Counted from the first letter of the stretch, positions 36,390-48,400 are shown. The stretch: DNA of 64,000 nt from a virus (IMGVR_UViG_3300037418_003161:1-64000), one strand, 5' to 3'. Program-made: numbers and translations. The notes: generated from the letters alone by a model not told the origin.

Positions 36390-38492
36390 TTAAGCAGTAG
36401 GGAGGGCCTTGTTATGGGTGAGCAAGCCGTTGGCGTAGTATACATCCAAGTCTTCCACATCCAAAAGATAGGTGGTGAATAACCCATCTTCAATGGTAAT
36501 ATTGTTTACCAGTATAAAACCTCCTTGTTCATAAAGAAGGTAATCCCCGGTTTTTATGGCATCAGCCCTTTCAAAATAATACTGGTCGCCCCTGCGAATA
36601 AAGTGTCGGTGTTCTCCACTTGCAACCAATACACCGTTTATTTTATAAACCCTTCTGTTTAAAACTTCTTTAACTGACCGAACAGTGGTGGTGGAAGGAA
36701 CAGCAGAAAGTGTGGTAGACGACCAATCCACATATGCCACATCATCGTCATTTAAACCATTGATGTATAAGCTCATTAAAACATCTCCCACTACCACGTC
36801 TTCAATAAGTTTATACGAGCCGTCTGCAAGGGTGATGCGTGTGCCTTTGATTAAACAACCCCCGCTTGTACAACCTTTATCAACTGTTACACCCCCATCA
36901 TATAAAAATCCTGTGGGTAATGTACCACTCAACACAATTGTACCTGTTGAATTAAAGGTGATGCCAAGTGTAAATTGGGCAAGCGTTCCCCTTTGAATCA
37001 TGGTAATACTTGCCGTTCTTGTGGTACATGGCCTACACGTTGCTGAACCAATAGAAAAGGCCGGGGTAATGCCTCCTACACCGTAGGTTCCTCCGTTCAA
37101 GCCTACAACCTCAAGACTAATACTGTCCGTACCAGTTGAAACATATAGAGATTGAACCGTGGCTTCAATTGCATAAATAATACACCCGGAAGCAGCAGCA
37201 GCCGAAGCCGAAGGTGTTACCGAAGGAGTGGGAATGGGGGACTTGGTTGGAGTCACGGACGGAGATGGGGTAGGTGTAGGGTCAACCGAACCCACCGGAC
37301 ACAGTGTAGGGTTTAGGGTGTCGGGAAAATATGGCCCAAGACCACCAGTAGGTGTGTTTTCTTCCTGATAACCATCCGGTACACCGTTGGCCAATCTTCG
37401 TCTACCTACGCAATGTATATAACCTGTATTGACCTTGGTAGGGTCAATCTCGATTCTTCGCTTGCACACAGGAACATTTCCACTGGTGTCTAAACTATAG
37501 CCCACATTACAACTATAGCCGTAGGTGGCACTCACCGTAATGGGTTTACAAAAAAAGTTTTGGGTGGAAAATAGAATTTTTAAATCGCTTTCTTTGGTGG
37601 CTGCAATAAGTTCCGCTTCTGTATTGTCGTATATCTCACCACCGAATGATGCACCGAAGCCGTAGTTTCGTCCCGATACCTCAATGTAGTTATCCCCATC
37701 TTGTAGGATGACCGGGTAGATATGCCAGAACCTTGAGTTGGATTCATCAAAAATATTGGTTTGTTCCACCACCTTATAACCGTTGATAACCAACCGAACT
37801 GTATTGTCCCCGGCGATACCAATATAATAGATTTTGGATGTGGCTATGGTAATGGTAGCGGAAACCCCAATCCATTCGTTGATGGAGTTTTGAAATGTGT
37901 TGTTGGTACAATTGTCCACACCCCAAATCCCTACTTTATTTAATCTACCATCGGAGAGGTTTTCAAGGCCATTACCCCAAAGTGGTCGGGTAGCAACCGT
38001 AGTGGTTACATAGCCGGATTGAACTGCACCATCAGTGGTATACCCCCCCAATTTGTAAATCTTTGCACCGTAGCTTGAATAAATTTGATTTTTGGAGTTA
38101 TTGACCAATAGGGTTGTGCCGTGAGTGGGCGTTTGTTGGTCGTAGCCATAACAATAATATCCATCGCTGCTAAGCGTATAACCTTCAGGACACGCCAGCT
38201 TGGTTTCACAATTACATTCGGTAGCTTCCCATGTGATGACAATTGGTTTGGAGGGTGTAATAGAAGGGGTGGGAGTGGGGGTGGGAGTTATGGTAAATTG
38301 AAACGTTTTGGTTAAATCATCACATCCTACTTTTACAATTCGCACCGTATAATATACCACATCATCCGTGATGCCAGTGAGGGTGTAGGTTGTACCTGTC
38401 CAACCACTCACAATGAGGGTTGAACCTGTCATACCTGATGCGCCGTATATATCAACAGGGGGGTCAAGTTGGTTGATGATAATTGATTTCAT
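36390..38492 (-). CDS. Tail-fibre-like protein with TP linkers, a Cys-rich module and a C-terminal Hint domain
   Basis: TPTPS linkers; GG-CLIKGTRITLADG..IEDVVVGD...H..F...YYANGLLTHN; TATTTAT upstream. Confidence 0.8.
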   Translation of the reverse strand: MKSIIINQLDPPVDIYGASGMTGSTLIVSGWTGTTYTLTGITDDVVYYTVRIVKVGCDDLTKTFQFTITPTPTPTPSITPSKPIVITWEATECNCETKLACPEGYTLSSDGYYCYGYDQQTPTHGTTLLVNNSKNQIYSSYGAKIYKLGGYTTDGAVQSGYVTTTVATRPLWGNGLENLSDGRLNKVGIWGVDNCTNNTFQNSINEWIGVSATITIATSKIYYIGIAGDNTVRLVINGYKVVEQTNIFDESNSRFWHIYPVILQDGDNYIEVSGRNYGFGASFGGEIYDNTEAELIAATKESDLKILFSTQNFFCKPITVSATYGYSCNVGYSLDTSGNVPVCKRRIEIDPTKVNTGYIHCVGRRRLANGVPDGYQEENTPTGGLGPYFPDTLNPTLCPVGSVDPTPTPSPSVTPTKSPIPTPSVTPSASAAAASGCIIYAIEATVQSLYVSTGTDSISLEVVGLNGGTYGVGGITPAFSIGSATCRPCTTRTASITMIQRGTLAQFTLGITFNSTGTIVLSGTLPTGFLYDGGVTVDKGCTSGGCLIKGTRITLADGSYKLIEDVVVGDVLMSLYINGLNDDDVAYVDWSSTTLSAVPSTTTVRSVKEVLNRRVYKINGVLVASGEHRHFIRRGDQYYFERADAIKTGDYLLYEQGGFILVNNITIEDGLFTTYLLDVEDLDVYYANGLLTHNKALPTA

Positions 38493-38497
38493 TATAC

Positions 38498-38504
38498 ATA
38501 AATA
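38498..38504 (-). promoter_or_regulatory. Putative late-promoter motif TATTTAT (representative copy)
   Basis: Also at 9458, 32864, 40348, 41062, 42406, 51417, 52345, 63055 (minus) and 23118 (plus), 4-14 nt before starts. Confidence 0.7.
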
Positions 38505-38534
38505 CTAACCAAAATGATATTGTAAGTAAATGTA

Positions 38535-40340
38535 TTAAGTACCGCAATTCTGATAACTTACCAGTTGACAGTAGGGTGATTCATCACACATAACCAACGA
38601 CCATCCAGCGGGACACGTATACCCTACACCCAAATTTCCCAAGGTAACTGGCTGACCCACTTGACTTGCTGAGGTAAAGAACAGGTTTAAGGTGCTATAG
38701 CTTGTTGCCCCCGTTATTTCAGCCGCAGTATTGTTGTAAATTTCTACCCCTACGGCTGCGGCACTACTTTCATTGTGTCCTATCACTTCCAAAACGTGTT
38801 TTCCCGCTTGCATTGTTACAGGGTAAATAAACCAATATTTAAACGTTACTTGGGCATCCGTACCAAATTGTGTCATCAATGCATTCACATCTTGTGATAC
38901 CACTACCTGTCCGTCCAGTTTTACAATACAATAATTATCTGCCGCCATGCCGATATAAAAGGTTTGCTGTTGCGCCACATTAAAACAGCTTGAAAAACCA
39001 ATTTCCTGTGCATTGGCAGTTCTACTTCCCCACACCGCACAACGATTGAGCGGCCCATCAGTAGTCGTGGTATTGGGGTTTGACCAAAAACTGGTGGTTA
39101 AAAAAGTGGGTGTATCAATATATGTTCCGTTGGAGTTATATGTAGAAAACAAAACTGTACCGAAGTTTCCATAGGAAAGAAGACTTTTGGCTACCAAGGT
39201 ATCTCCTGTGGTGGGTGAGGTTGCCCCGGTAGTTGAATACTGTACGCAACGTGAACCATCAATGGTAGGGGTATACCCGGAAGGACAGTTACAGTTTACA
39301 CTAGCAGGAGTGGATGGAGAGGGTGTGGGTGTATGTGTGGGTGTAATGGACGGTGTTGTAGTAAGAGTTGGTGTGTTGCTCTGCGTAGGGGTTGGTGATT
39401 GAGTTGAATTTGGCGTAATGGTAGGTGTCACCGAAGCTGTAATACTTGGTGTAACACTTGGAGTTACAGAATTGGTGGGGGTGTGAGAAGCCGTTAAGCT
39501 CACCGAATTGGTGGGAGTAGGCGTTACGTTACCACTTTTGGAAATTGAAGGTGTGGGTGTGATGGAAGAAGTGGGAGTGGGTGTCACCGAGTGACATGTT
39601 CCCAATTTATCCACACTATAGTCTGAACCGACTCCTGTGATTGAACCCTCGGTCACACACTCAAGTTCAAGGGGTGTACCGTAGTGGACATCCACCGTTT
39701 GATAGGTTCTTGAATCACAATCAAAATATCTTATGGTGGTAACACCAAAGACTTCCAGTACGTTGATTTGAAACTTATAACACACTTCGCTCACAGATGG
39801 GGTCAAGGAGGTGGTCACAGAAACCGATGGAGTCACTGAAGGTGTGGGGGTTTCATAAGGCGTATTGGAAATGGTTGGAGTGGGGGTAGGTGTCGCTCCC
39901 GGTGTTTTGGAAGCTGTCACCGATGGCGTCATTGATTTGGTCACTGATACGGTTGGAGTGGTTGTGGGTGATTCACTTGGGGTAATAGAAGGGGTAGGTG
40001 TGGCCGTTGGCGACCCTGATGGTAACGGTGTTTTTGTGGGTGTTCGAGTCGGAGTAATACTTTTGGTTGGTGTTCGGGTGAGTGTTGGTGTTAATGAAAT
40101 TGACGGAGTTATAGTTGGTGTAGGTGTAGGAACATTATGACCATAAGAGAGCATTTGCACCTCACAGTCTTGGGTCTTAAAAAATACATATACTTGGGTT
40201 ACATCGAACTCTCCAAGGATAACCGGGTAGGTGGTTACGTTGGTAAGCACAAGAGTTGCATCCGCAAAGGTGGTGGTTGTACCCGTATAGATATCGTAGG
40301 GGGTAGATGCGCCTGAGTAAGTAACAATGAGATTATACAT
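38535..40340 (-). CDS. Thr/Pro-rich virion protein with a Cys-rich module paralogous to 36390..38492
   Basis: TP tracts; CxCPxGY..DG..C ... YIGxAxDN ... W.IYPV ... EIYxNT shared. Confidence 0.75.
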   Translation of the reverse strand: MYNLIVTYSGASTPYDIYTGTTTTFADATLVLTNVTTYPVILGEFDVTQVYVFFKTQDCEVQMLSYGHNVPTPTPTITPSISLTPTLTRTPTKSITPTRTPTKTPLPSGSPTATPTPSITPSESPTTTPTVSVTKSMTPSVTASKTPGATPTPTPTISNTPYETPTPSVTPSVSVTTSLTPSVSEVCYKFQINVLEVFGVTTIRYFDCDSRTYQTVDVHYGTPLELECVTEGSITGVGSDYSVDKLGTCHSVTPTPTSSITPTPSISKSGNVTPTPTNSVSLTASHTPTNSVTPSVTPSITASVTPTITPNSTQSPTPTQSNTPTLTTTPSITPTHTPTPSPSTPASVNCNCPSGYTPTIDGSRCVQYSTTGATSPTTGDTLVAKSLLSYGNFGTVLFSTYNSNGTYIDTPTFLTTSFWSNPNTTTTDGPLNRCAVWGSRTANAQEIGFSSCFNVAQQQTFYIGMAADNYCIVKLDGQVVVSQDVNALMTQFGTDAQVTFKYWFIYPVTMQAGKHVLEVIGHNESSAAAVGVEIYNNTAAEITGATSYSTLNLFFTSASQVGQPVTLGNLGVGYTCPAGWSLVMCDESPYCQLVSYQNCGT

Positions 40341-40354
40341 GTAGTTTATAAATA

Positions 40355-41056
40355 TTAAGAGCCACAGTAGGAAACACGGTTTATGGTAACGTACTGTGCG
40401 TACCCTTGTGGGATGGAATAGATGGGTATACCATTTTGTTCCACCATACATACATTGAGCGATGAACCATTGTCAATGAACAGGGTTTTGTATGCACCTG
40501 TATCGCAATCCAAGTAGGTAAATTCCAACAAATCTAACAAAGCCACATTAAAAGTAAAGTCGTAGGCAAACGAAACTTCATAATACCCACAATTAATTGT
40601 TACGCTTGGCGTGGGTGTTGGGGTTGGCGTTGCAGCCGGGGTCTTACTCAACGACACCGTAGGGGTTATGGTGGGTGTTGGTGACAAGGCCACTTTCATT
40701 GTAGGACTCGGTGTGAGCGAGACGCTGATGGAAGGGGTCAATGAGATGGTTGGTGTAACGGAGGGGGTAATGGAAGGTGTTGGGGTGATGGGATAGGTGA
40801 CATCCAGAAAGAACGTTCCATAACACGTATCACCACAATAAGCCGAAGCCGTTCGTACATATTTGGTGGTTCTGAAATTGGTAATAGTATCTTCCAACAC
40901 CACATACATCGTGTAGTTGTTGGGTAGATTATACAGTGTAATGTAGGAAGTGTTGGCAGGATAAGTATTGTAATACACCGTATTGAACGGCGTAGTGCCA
41001 GTGTATACCCTGAATATATTAACTTGCGTAATCCCTGTTACTACATAATCTGTCAT
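40355..41056 (-). CDS. Thr/Pro-rich virion protein
   Basis: Central TP tract, C-terminal C...Y.DC..C module; TATTTAT upstream. Confidence 0.7.
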   Translation of the reverse strand: MTDYVVTGITQVNIFRVYTGTTPFNTVYYNTYPANTSYITLYNLPNNYTMYVVLEDTITNFRTTKYVRTASAYCGDTCYGTFFLDVTYPITPTPSITPSVTPTISLTPSISVSLTPSPTMKVALSPTPTITPTVSLSKTPAATPTPTPTPSVTINCGYYEVSFAYDFTFNVALLDLLEFTYLDCDTGAYKTLFIDNGSSLNVCMVEQNGIPIYSIPQGYAQYVTINRVSYCGS

Positions 41057-41068
41057 TTCTTATAAATA

Positions 41069-42400
41069 TTAAATTCCTACTTCTATATAGATTCCACCTA
41101 TATTTGTATTGACTCCATCTGCGTTTAATGCTTGACAAGCAGCACAACTTTGTACAACATTACTATTACCATCGATTATTGAAATTGGCGCATCGCTTCT
41201 ATTCCATGGTGTTACTACAACTTCCACACTGTAAGCGGTGTTTTTCTGTAATACCCCATCAAAGGAACAACTGTCGTTACCACTTGGACAATGATATGCA
41301 ACCCCATTAATATATACCATCACATCGTCTCCACTGACATCTTTAGCAACACTAAGATTGGCAGTATTCGCATCTCCACAAATTCCCAAGAACGTAAACA
41401 CCAATCCACCTCCGCTATTACCTTCAAGATTCGATTCGTTTGAACAGAATTGCGCTGTTTGAAAACTATTGATGGAGGCTTCTTGGATTACACCACTACA
41501 ATCTGTATAAGAATAGGTTTGTGTAATGTTTAAATTGTTATATACTTCATAGCTAAAACAACCATTCCCTACAATTGGTGTAGGACTTTGCGTGGGTGTC
41601 ACCGTTGGGGTTGCAGTGGGAGTAAGGGTAGGTGTTGAGGAGACCCCGGCTGTTTTCGAAACAGAAACACTAATAGATGGTGTAGGCGTAAATGGTATAC
41701 TATTGCTAATGGTCGGAGTAAGTGTTGGAGTTGGGGTGGGTGTAGCGGTAGCTGCGGCTGTAAGCGATGGTGTTGGAGTGGGTGTGGGTGTGGGTGGAAC
41801 ATAGTGTTGGATGTAGTTGTCCACCGAGGCTACCACCAAATCACTTATCCCGTTGTACAACGCAATCCGCTTACTGGTTCTTTCCTTGACTTGGATGTTC
41901 CAGTACAACCTATCGGTACAAATATCAAACTGTGTTGTGGTTACGTTTACCGCACTTCCGTTAATATCCAACAGCTTGTCGTTAAGGGTAATTTCATACG
42001 CCTTTTTCCACTTGTATTCCGTAGTTGCATCCACAAATACATCCTGTGTGGGAATGAAGGTATATTCTCCGTTTACCACAATCGCCTTATTGGAGTACAG
42101 ACAACTAACTTCCTTTACCGTGAAGAACTTATAAACCCAATTGCTAGTGGTAACATCATCGTTACAGAAGTTGACAATCGTACTTCCATCACCCTCTGCC
42201 CCCAAAATCAAATCATCTTCAACCAAGGTGCTTGGGTGTACAAATACGTAGTCTACTCCTTCTGTAAAGGAGCTAAAGTTTCCGGCATGAAGCGTGTTTT
42301 CTAATGCAGGATTGAGAATCTTTGCCACATAGGAATTCGCTTCAAACCCCAAATCATAAACCGATAAAACTTCTTGGATTGGATAACAGTAGCTTGCCAT
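41069..42400 (-). CDS. Virion protein with a degenerate N-terminal Hint-like domain, TP linker and Cys-rich C-terminus
   Basis: Residues ~18-190 align by eye with the Hint domain of 36390..38492; TATTTAT upstream. Confidence 0.65.
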   Translation of the reverse strand: MASYCYPIQEVLSVYDLGFEANSYVAKILNPALENTLHAGNFSSFTEGVDYVFVHPSTLVEDDLILGAEGDGSTIVNFCNDDVTTSNWVYKFFTVKEVSCLYSNKAIVVNGEYTFIPTQDVFVDATTEYKWKKAYEITLNDKLLDINGSAVNVTTTQFDICTDRLYWNIQVKERTSKRIALYNGISDLVVASVDNYIQHYVPPTPTPTPTPSLTAAATATPTPTPTLTPTISNSIPFTPTPSISVSVSKTAGVSSTPTLTPTATPTVTPTQSPTPIVGNGCFSYEVYNNLNITQTYSYTDCSGVIQEASINSFQTAQFCSNESNLEGNSGGGLVFTFLGICGDANTANLSVAKDVSGDDVMVYINGVAYHCPSGNDSCSFDGVLQKNTAYSVEVVVTPWNRSDAPISIIDGNSNVVQSCAACQALNADGVNTNIGGIYIEVGI

Positions 42401-42412
42401 ATTCTATAAATA

Positions 42413-45400
42413 TTAACGCTTGTGAAGTAGCATCCATTCATAGATACTCAAGCCGACCTGATTATTTGCGTTGTTCTTCCACGATGGGTCATACGCCGTG
42501 TTCCAAACCAATGAGGAGTGACCCACATTTGGTATTCCGGTAAGAATAGCGGGTTCGGTTGGTGCGGGGAACGCATTGTTGATGGTGTTGACCAAGTATT
42601 GTGAATGCACATACCATCCATCCAGTGTTCCCTGAATGGCCCATGTGCCCACATGGTACGTGCCACCAATGAGGTAAACATTGTCTTTTTCTTGTTGTGT
42701 GTTGTACCCTGACAAGGACATTGGCACAATAGCTGCAATCTGCTCGGCAAAGCTTTCGGTGTTGGTCACAGAACTTACAGAGCCTTGTGCGCCCGAAGAC
42801 AGACCTGTTACATAAACTCTTGAAGCATCCACCCGGTATTTGGATTTGATATCGTTGAGGATGTATTCCAGTTCGGGATAGCCATACGAGAACCATGGGT
42901 GTTGCGGAGAACATACAATAAATTTAAAGGTTGTTCCGCTAACCGGGTGTGCGGCCTCCACATCAAAACCATTGGCAATCAACATGGGCAGACCTGTGTT
43001 GTTAAGAATTGACGCATCGCCATTTTCCTGTGATTCCTCCATACCATGCAAGAAGATGATGAGGGGATATGAGGAACTTGGCCCATCGGTATCATACGAA
43101 GTGGGCAACCATGTTAGGCCCGGTGCTGTTCCACCTACTCCATCCACCGCAAAGGTGTCAATTTTTTGTCTACCCGCAAATTGGGTAGCTCCCGCAGAAG
43201 GCGTCACACTTGGTGTAATAGAGATGGTTGGTGTATTGGTTGGGGTCGGTGTAGGGGTTGAACCCGTAAAGGTAGCTGTCGGAGTCGGCGTATTGGTCTT
43301 GGTAATTGATGGCGTTGGCGTTGGCGTTGGGGTAGTATTGCCGTAGGAAAGCACTTGGACAATGACAGGTTTGGCACTATAGGGGATGGACAAGTAACCG
43401 TTGGTCACACCAGTAAAGTCGGAACTCATAAAGCTGCTACCATCCACAAACTGCCGGATGCTCACCTGTGTCCCGTTGTTTAAATACAGGTTATATGTTC
43501 CAGTATTTTCGGTAAAGGTAGGACGTGCCCCGGCATTGGGGGTGATGGTTTCTACGGCCCAAATCGCATACATATCGTTCGTGCCATCCGAAAATTTCAA
43601 CACCCTTGGGTTTTCATTGTTGATGCGCTCCACAAACTTGTAGTCTCCAAATTCCCCACCAAGCTGTGCCCAATAATCACCCACAATTCGCCTTTGTATG
43701 TTGGTTGTAGTGACTTCTTTCAACAGGGACATAGACGCAAACTGTGTGGGGTCGTTGTCGCCATTGGCATCGGTAAACAGTCTGAACCACTGCGACCTGT
43801 CTAGGCCGTGGGCTGCAAATTCCAAAATGGTACGCATCGCCCAATTACCCCGGCATTGTTCTGCGCTGTAGGTGCTGTAGGCCGGAGCGTTCATTGGTGA
43901 ATCCGGGTTGATGTCGATGCCCCATTCTCCAACCCACACTTCTTTTCCGGCTGCATACTTGTTGGAATAGTGCAACATATCGGTAATGGCACTCATCATA
44001 TTGGAAGCTTCAGGTGGTAGACCCGCATTTGTTCCTCCTGCATATTGGTTGCTTCCACCCGTATAGGAATAGTTGTGGTATTGGATGATATCAAAGGGCA
44101 AATCCACTGTACCGTCCGGGTTAAGACCCCGGTTTCTTCTGGCCCATTCATAACAACCCCTTAACAGGTCGGTTTCTGTAGTAGCAAGACCTGAAATAGA
44201 CATTTTGAAATTCGGGTCAGCATTCTTTACACCACAGTTGGGGTATAATCCTTTGTGACCATCGTACATCATTGACCATGCGGCTGCTAAGTACTGGCCC
44301 TTTAAGAAATCATCTATTCCAGCCCAATAAGCATTGGGTTCGTTCATGCCTTCAAACAGGTCAGCCGTATTGGTGGCAATAAGTGGTTCGTTTCTTGGTA
44401 TCCACCATTGTCCATAATCGGCATGAGACCATGTAGCGTAGGATGGGGCGTTCGGGTTTGTACCCTTTCTGGAAGCAAAGACAAACGCCGCTTTACCCAA
44501 CTCTTGGTAGGTGGACACTTGGTCTCTTTGGTTGTTGTCGTCCCAATAGATGTTCAGTTGTGACGCTTGAGACTTGGAAACCTTGACGTGTTGACCTACG
44601 ATGTAAGGTAGGTTGCCAGCCACGGCAAAGCCCATGGAAGCCGGATGCGTTGTGGGAATGGTATTGTAAGAATCCGACCTTGTTGTATATTCACTCAGCG
44701 TGTGTCCACTTTGCGGAGCGTCCTCCAAGGTGATAATCCAGTGAGAATAGCTACCGCCCCCTACATTGGAGGTGGTGGTAATGTTCAATGCGCCCCAAGA
44801 ACCGTAGTTGGTGTAGTTTGTTACCGTACCATAAACCACATTTCCTTCATCGGCCACATCCCAAGAGGCTTTTACATGGTCAAACTGACCTTGCAGTACT
44901 GACCAGTAGATGATGCCGTGATTTTTAAAATAAGAGGCTGCATCTTCTTCATACCATCCTTGGCGAACCGGGTTGAAGGCCCATTGGTCAATCAAGGGTT
45001 GGTATTCGGCGGCGTTACCATAGTTTCTAATCGAGGTGATACCCAAGTCCAAAACAGCATCCAGCACCTCTTGGCGCAACCGTACATCCCCGGTGTTGTA
45101 AGAGAAGTTCCACCAGTGGGCGTTTACCCCCAAGAAGTTTTTAAGTGGTTTAAGTGGTCTTGAATAAGTGGGTTCGGTGTAGGGCAGATAGTCGGCAATA
45201 ATTTGTAGCTCCGTCCCGTAGCTTTGGTCAGATGGGCCACGTAAAATCAGCTTGTCGGCAATAAAGAAATCAGACGGTGTATATTCCACCCATGTTTCCC
45301 ACCCATTGCCAGTAAACGTTCCAATCTCAAGTTCTGCTCCACTATCTTTACGAACCAAAATAACTTTGGTGTCTTGGTTGTTTGGCCCTTGCCTGTCGTA

Positions 45401-48400
45401 AATTCTTACCTTTCGAACAATAGCGTTGTAGTCCTTCAAGTCCACCGACACCTCATGTGGTTCATAAATCAGCGTCCAAGCCGGAAGGAAGGGTTCGGTC
45501 AAGTCCCCATCGATAAGGGTAATGGGACTATTGGTTTCGCTGTTGTCCTGATAAAAGTTGTCCAACACCAACGGCACTTGGCTGTTGAAGGTTGGGGCAG
45601 TTGCTTCCGATGGGTCGGGAGCAAGGGTTTGTTTTTTAAACAGGTTGATTAACTTATTGGTTGTGCTGCTTGTGGCCGAATCGTGTCCTGAACCACTGAT
45701 AATGTAATTGTTAACGGTAACATCAGAAGTCACCTTTATGGTGATGTCCCGGAATCTGTTGTTCACCGGAACATTGGAATAATCAAGGTTGATAAACATT
45801 TGATTGCCTACCACATTGTAGGTCATCACCAAATGCTTTTTCATTTCAAAGTATTCCAACATCTCCTGAAGGGTCGTTACCCAAATTTTGTCGTTACCGA
45901 CTGTGCCAATATGGTCGATAAAGGATTTAAACGCACTCCAATCTGTGCTAACATCGTGTGTTCCTACCCTATAAAGTCTGTGACGAGTAGCATTGGAGGT
46001 GTTGGCAAGGGTGGTGATTTTACTTTTCAAATCATCCACCGTAGTTGTGTCATTCCACTGGTCGGTAAAGTCCCTTAAAAACACACTGTAGTCGGCTGTA
46101 ACCCCCGACAAATCTGCAATGTGGTCGGTAAACATGTTGGGAGGGAAGGAGGTATAGCCATCGGTCACACTTTGAGACGTAGAGGCCAAATACCCTAACT
46201 GCTCAACCAAGGGGTTGTAACCTGTGTCGTTGTTGGGGGTAATCCAAACCCTTGACAAAAACCCGGTCAAATCCCAAATGTATTTGGTGTTTTCGTTGAT
46301 GTTATCATATTGGGTAAATCCATTGGTTGTATAATACCCATCCATATTGTGGTAGTAGCCATGGTTTTCCAACATAAAATCAACGGAAAGAAGTGATTGT
46401 AAATTGGCGGTGGTCAAATGACTTGGGTCGTTTAATTCCCCATCGTTAAAATTACTGTGGGCATTCACGGCAACGGCGGCTCGGTATTTCACAGCGTTCC
46501 CTGCACCATCGGTAAAGGTCTTACCACCATAATTCTGTCCATCAATTGGTGCAACGCCTCCGTTTAAATAGGCTAAGATGTTTAAGAAATTGGCCTGACG
46601 GTCATCCATCTCCAAGTTAAATACACCGTCCTTGTCGTATTTCAAATCAGCAAAACTAGCTTCTGCGGAAGTTGGATTACCATCAAAAGTCACAATGATT
46701 TGTGAAGTTTGTCCCGCTTCGGGTGCAGCCGAAGGGGTAATAGATGGTGTCAGTGATTTAGTGGGTGTCACCGAGGGCGTGGGTGTAGCACTTGCTCCGG
46801 GTGAGGCTGAAATAGAAATGGACGGAGTGGGTGTGTTAGAACCAGTAACCGTTCTTGTAGGCGTAATACTTTTAGTGGGTGTAACGGAAGGAGTGGAACT
46901 CACCACTGGTGTCACCGAGGCCGTCATTGTATTGGTCGGGGTTACACTATTGGTAGGTGTATGAGAAGAAGTCACTGTTTGGGTCGGGGTATGGCTAGGG
47001 GTTTTCGTAGGCGTTAAGGTATTAGTTGGGGTTAGGCTTGCTGTTGGCGATGGTGTATTGGTGGGAGTAACCGTTGGCGAAACAGAGTTGGTTGGTGTAT
47101 TGGTCGGGGTCGCATTTGGTGTTCTTGTTTGTGTAACGCTTTTACTTGGCGTATTGGTAACGGTTGTAGTAGGCGTAAGTGTTGGTGTGGAAGAAGATGT
47201 AACTGCCGGAGTTGGGGAAGCGGTCTTGGTTGGGGTCAAAGTACGGGTTGGCGTAGGTGTGGGGTGTACCGTACAATCGGTTTCCATTCCCAAGAACCGC
47301 AATTTGGTTTGACAATTGGCCGCATCGCCAATGAGCATTTCCCACGACACGTTGGGGTCAACCTGATAGAGTACAAATTCATCACAATTCCCCGTTGTAC
47401 CATAGGTAAATCCACTGTAATTGGCAATATCATCACAGTTTACATACAATCGGTATGGGTCGCCAGTTTCAAATGGCGTACCATTATAAATTCTTAAAAG
47501 CAAGTCTTGTGGAACGGAACAGTCCGTCATGGGCGTTGCCCCGGAAAGAACCGCAAAAAGGTTGCAATCATGGCAAGCAGTATCCTTGTGGACAACAAAT
47601 CCCAAAGCCACATCGGAGGCCGAACAATCGGTATAACCATACTTGTATGTTTTAAAACGAATCTTGGTTACACCGCTTACAGAATAAATCTCGTAATCCA
47701 ACTTCTTTTTTTGTTGTACCGACCTTGGGTCAACGCACAAAGTAACCCCCGATAGGGTTGAACCCGTAGTCCCGAATTCAACGGTATTGAACAACAAGGT
47801 ATTTTCAATATAGGTTGTCCCTGTAAAGCCGCACCCCGGAACAGTTTCTTCGGTGTTGATTTTGTTAATCAACGCCTCAATTTCATTCAACCACCCGCTT
47901 TCAAACGTGCTGTCATCAAAAGACATGTAGGTGGTGTAATTACAATACAGGGGCAATCCAGAGCCATAGCTTGGTAAAAAACCACAGGCATCGGGCTTGG
48001 TATAGCCGGAAAACAAATTCAATGTTGCCCCGCTCCCCAAATATTCACTCGTTCCCAAATCCAATAAGGGCTGAACGGTCAGACCGGAAAGAATACACAA
48101 TCCCCTTGGGTGTTCTTTTATGGTAAGGGCCACCTCGTCTTCAACCACGCTTGCAAAGGTTTCGGGGAACAAGTTTTGTATAAATTCTTTCACCTTACAG
48201 GTATCCTTGTAGCGAAACTTGTTGCGATGGAAGATAGAGTTTTCGGTACGGTTGCCTCCTGACCACAAAGTGGTGGCCGGGATGAACTGCTCTACAAGCC
48301 GAATCCAAAACGGGGAAATGGATTTGATGTAGCCTTCCAGTTTTTGATAGGTATAGGCACTGGTCTCCCCCACATAGCTCACATATTGCTTGTAAATGTT

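Noticed and set aside
36411-36857. Classical mobile intein
   Set aside because: No homing endonuclease, no +1 Cys/Ser/Thr and only a 6-residue C-flank; treated as an intein-like Hint domain instead
36390-40340. Diversity-generating retroelement template/variable repeat pair
   Set aside because: The duplicated module is diverged throughout rather than only at adenines, and there is no reverse transcriptase in the window
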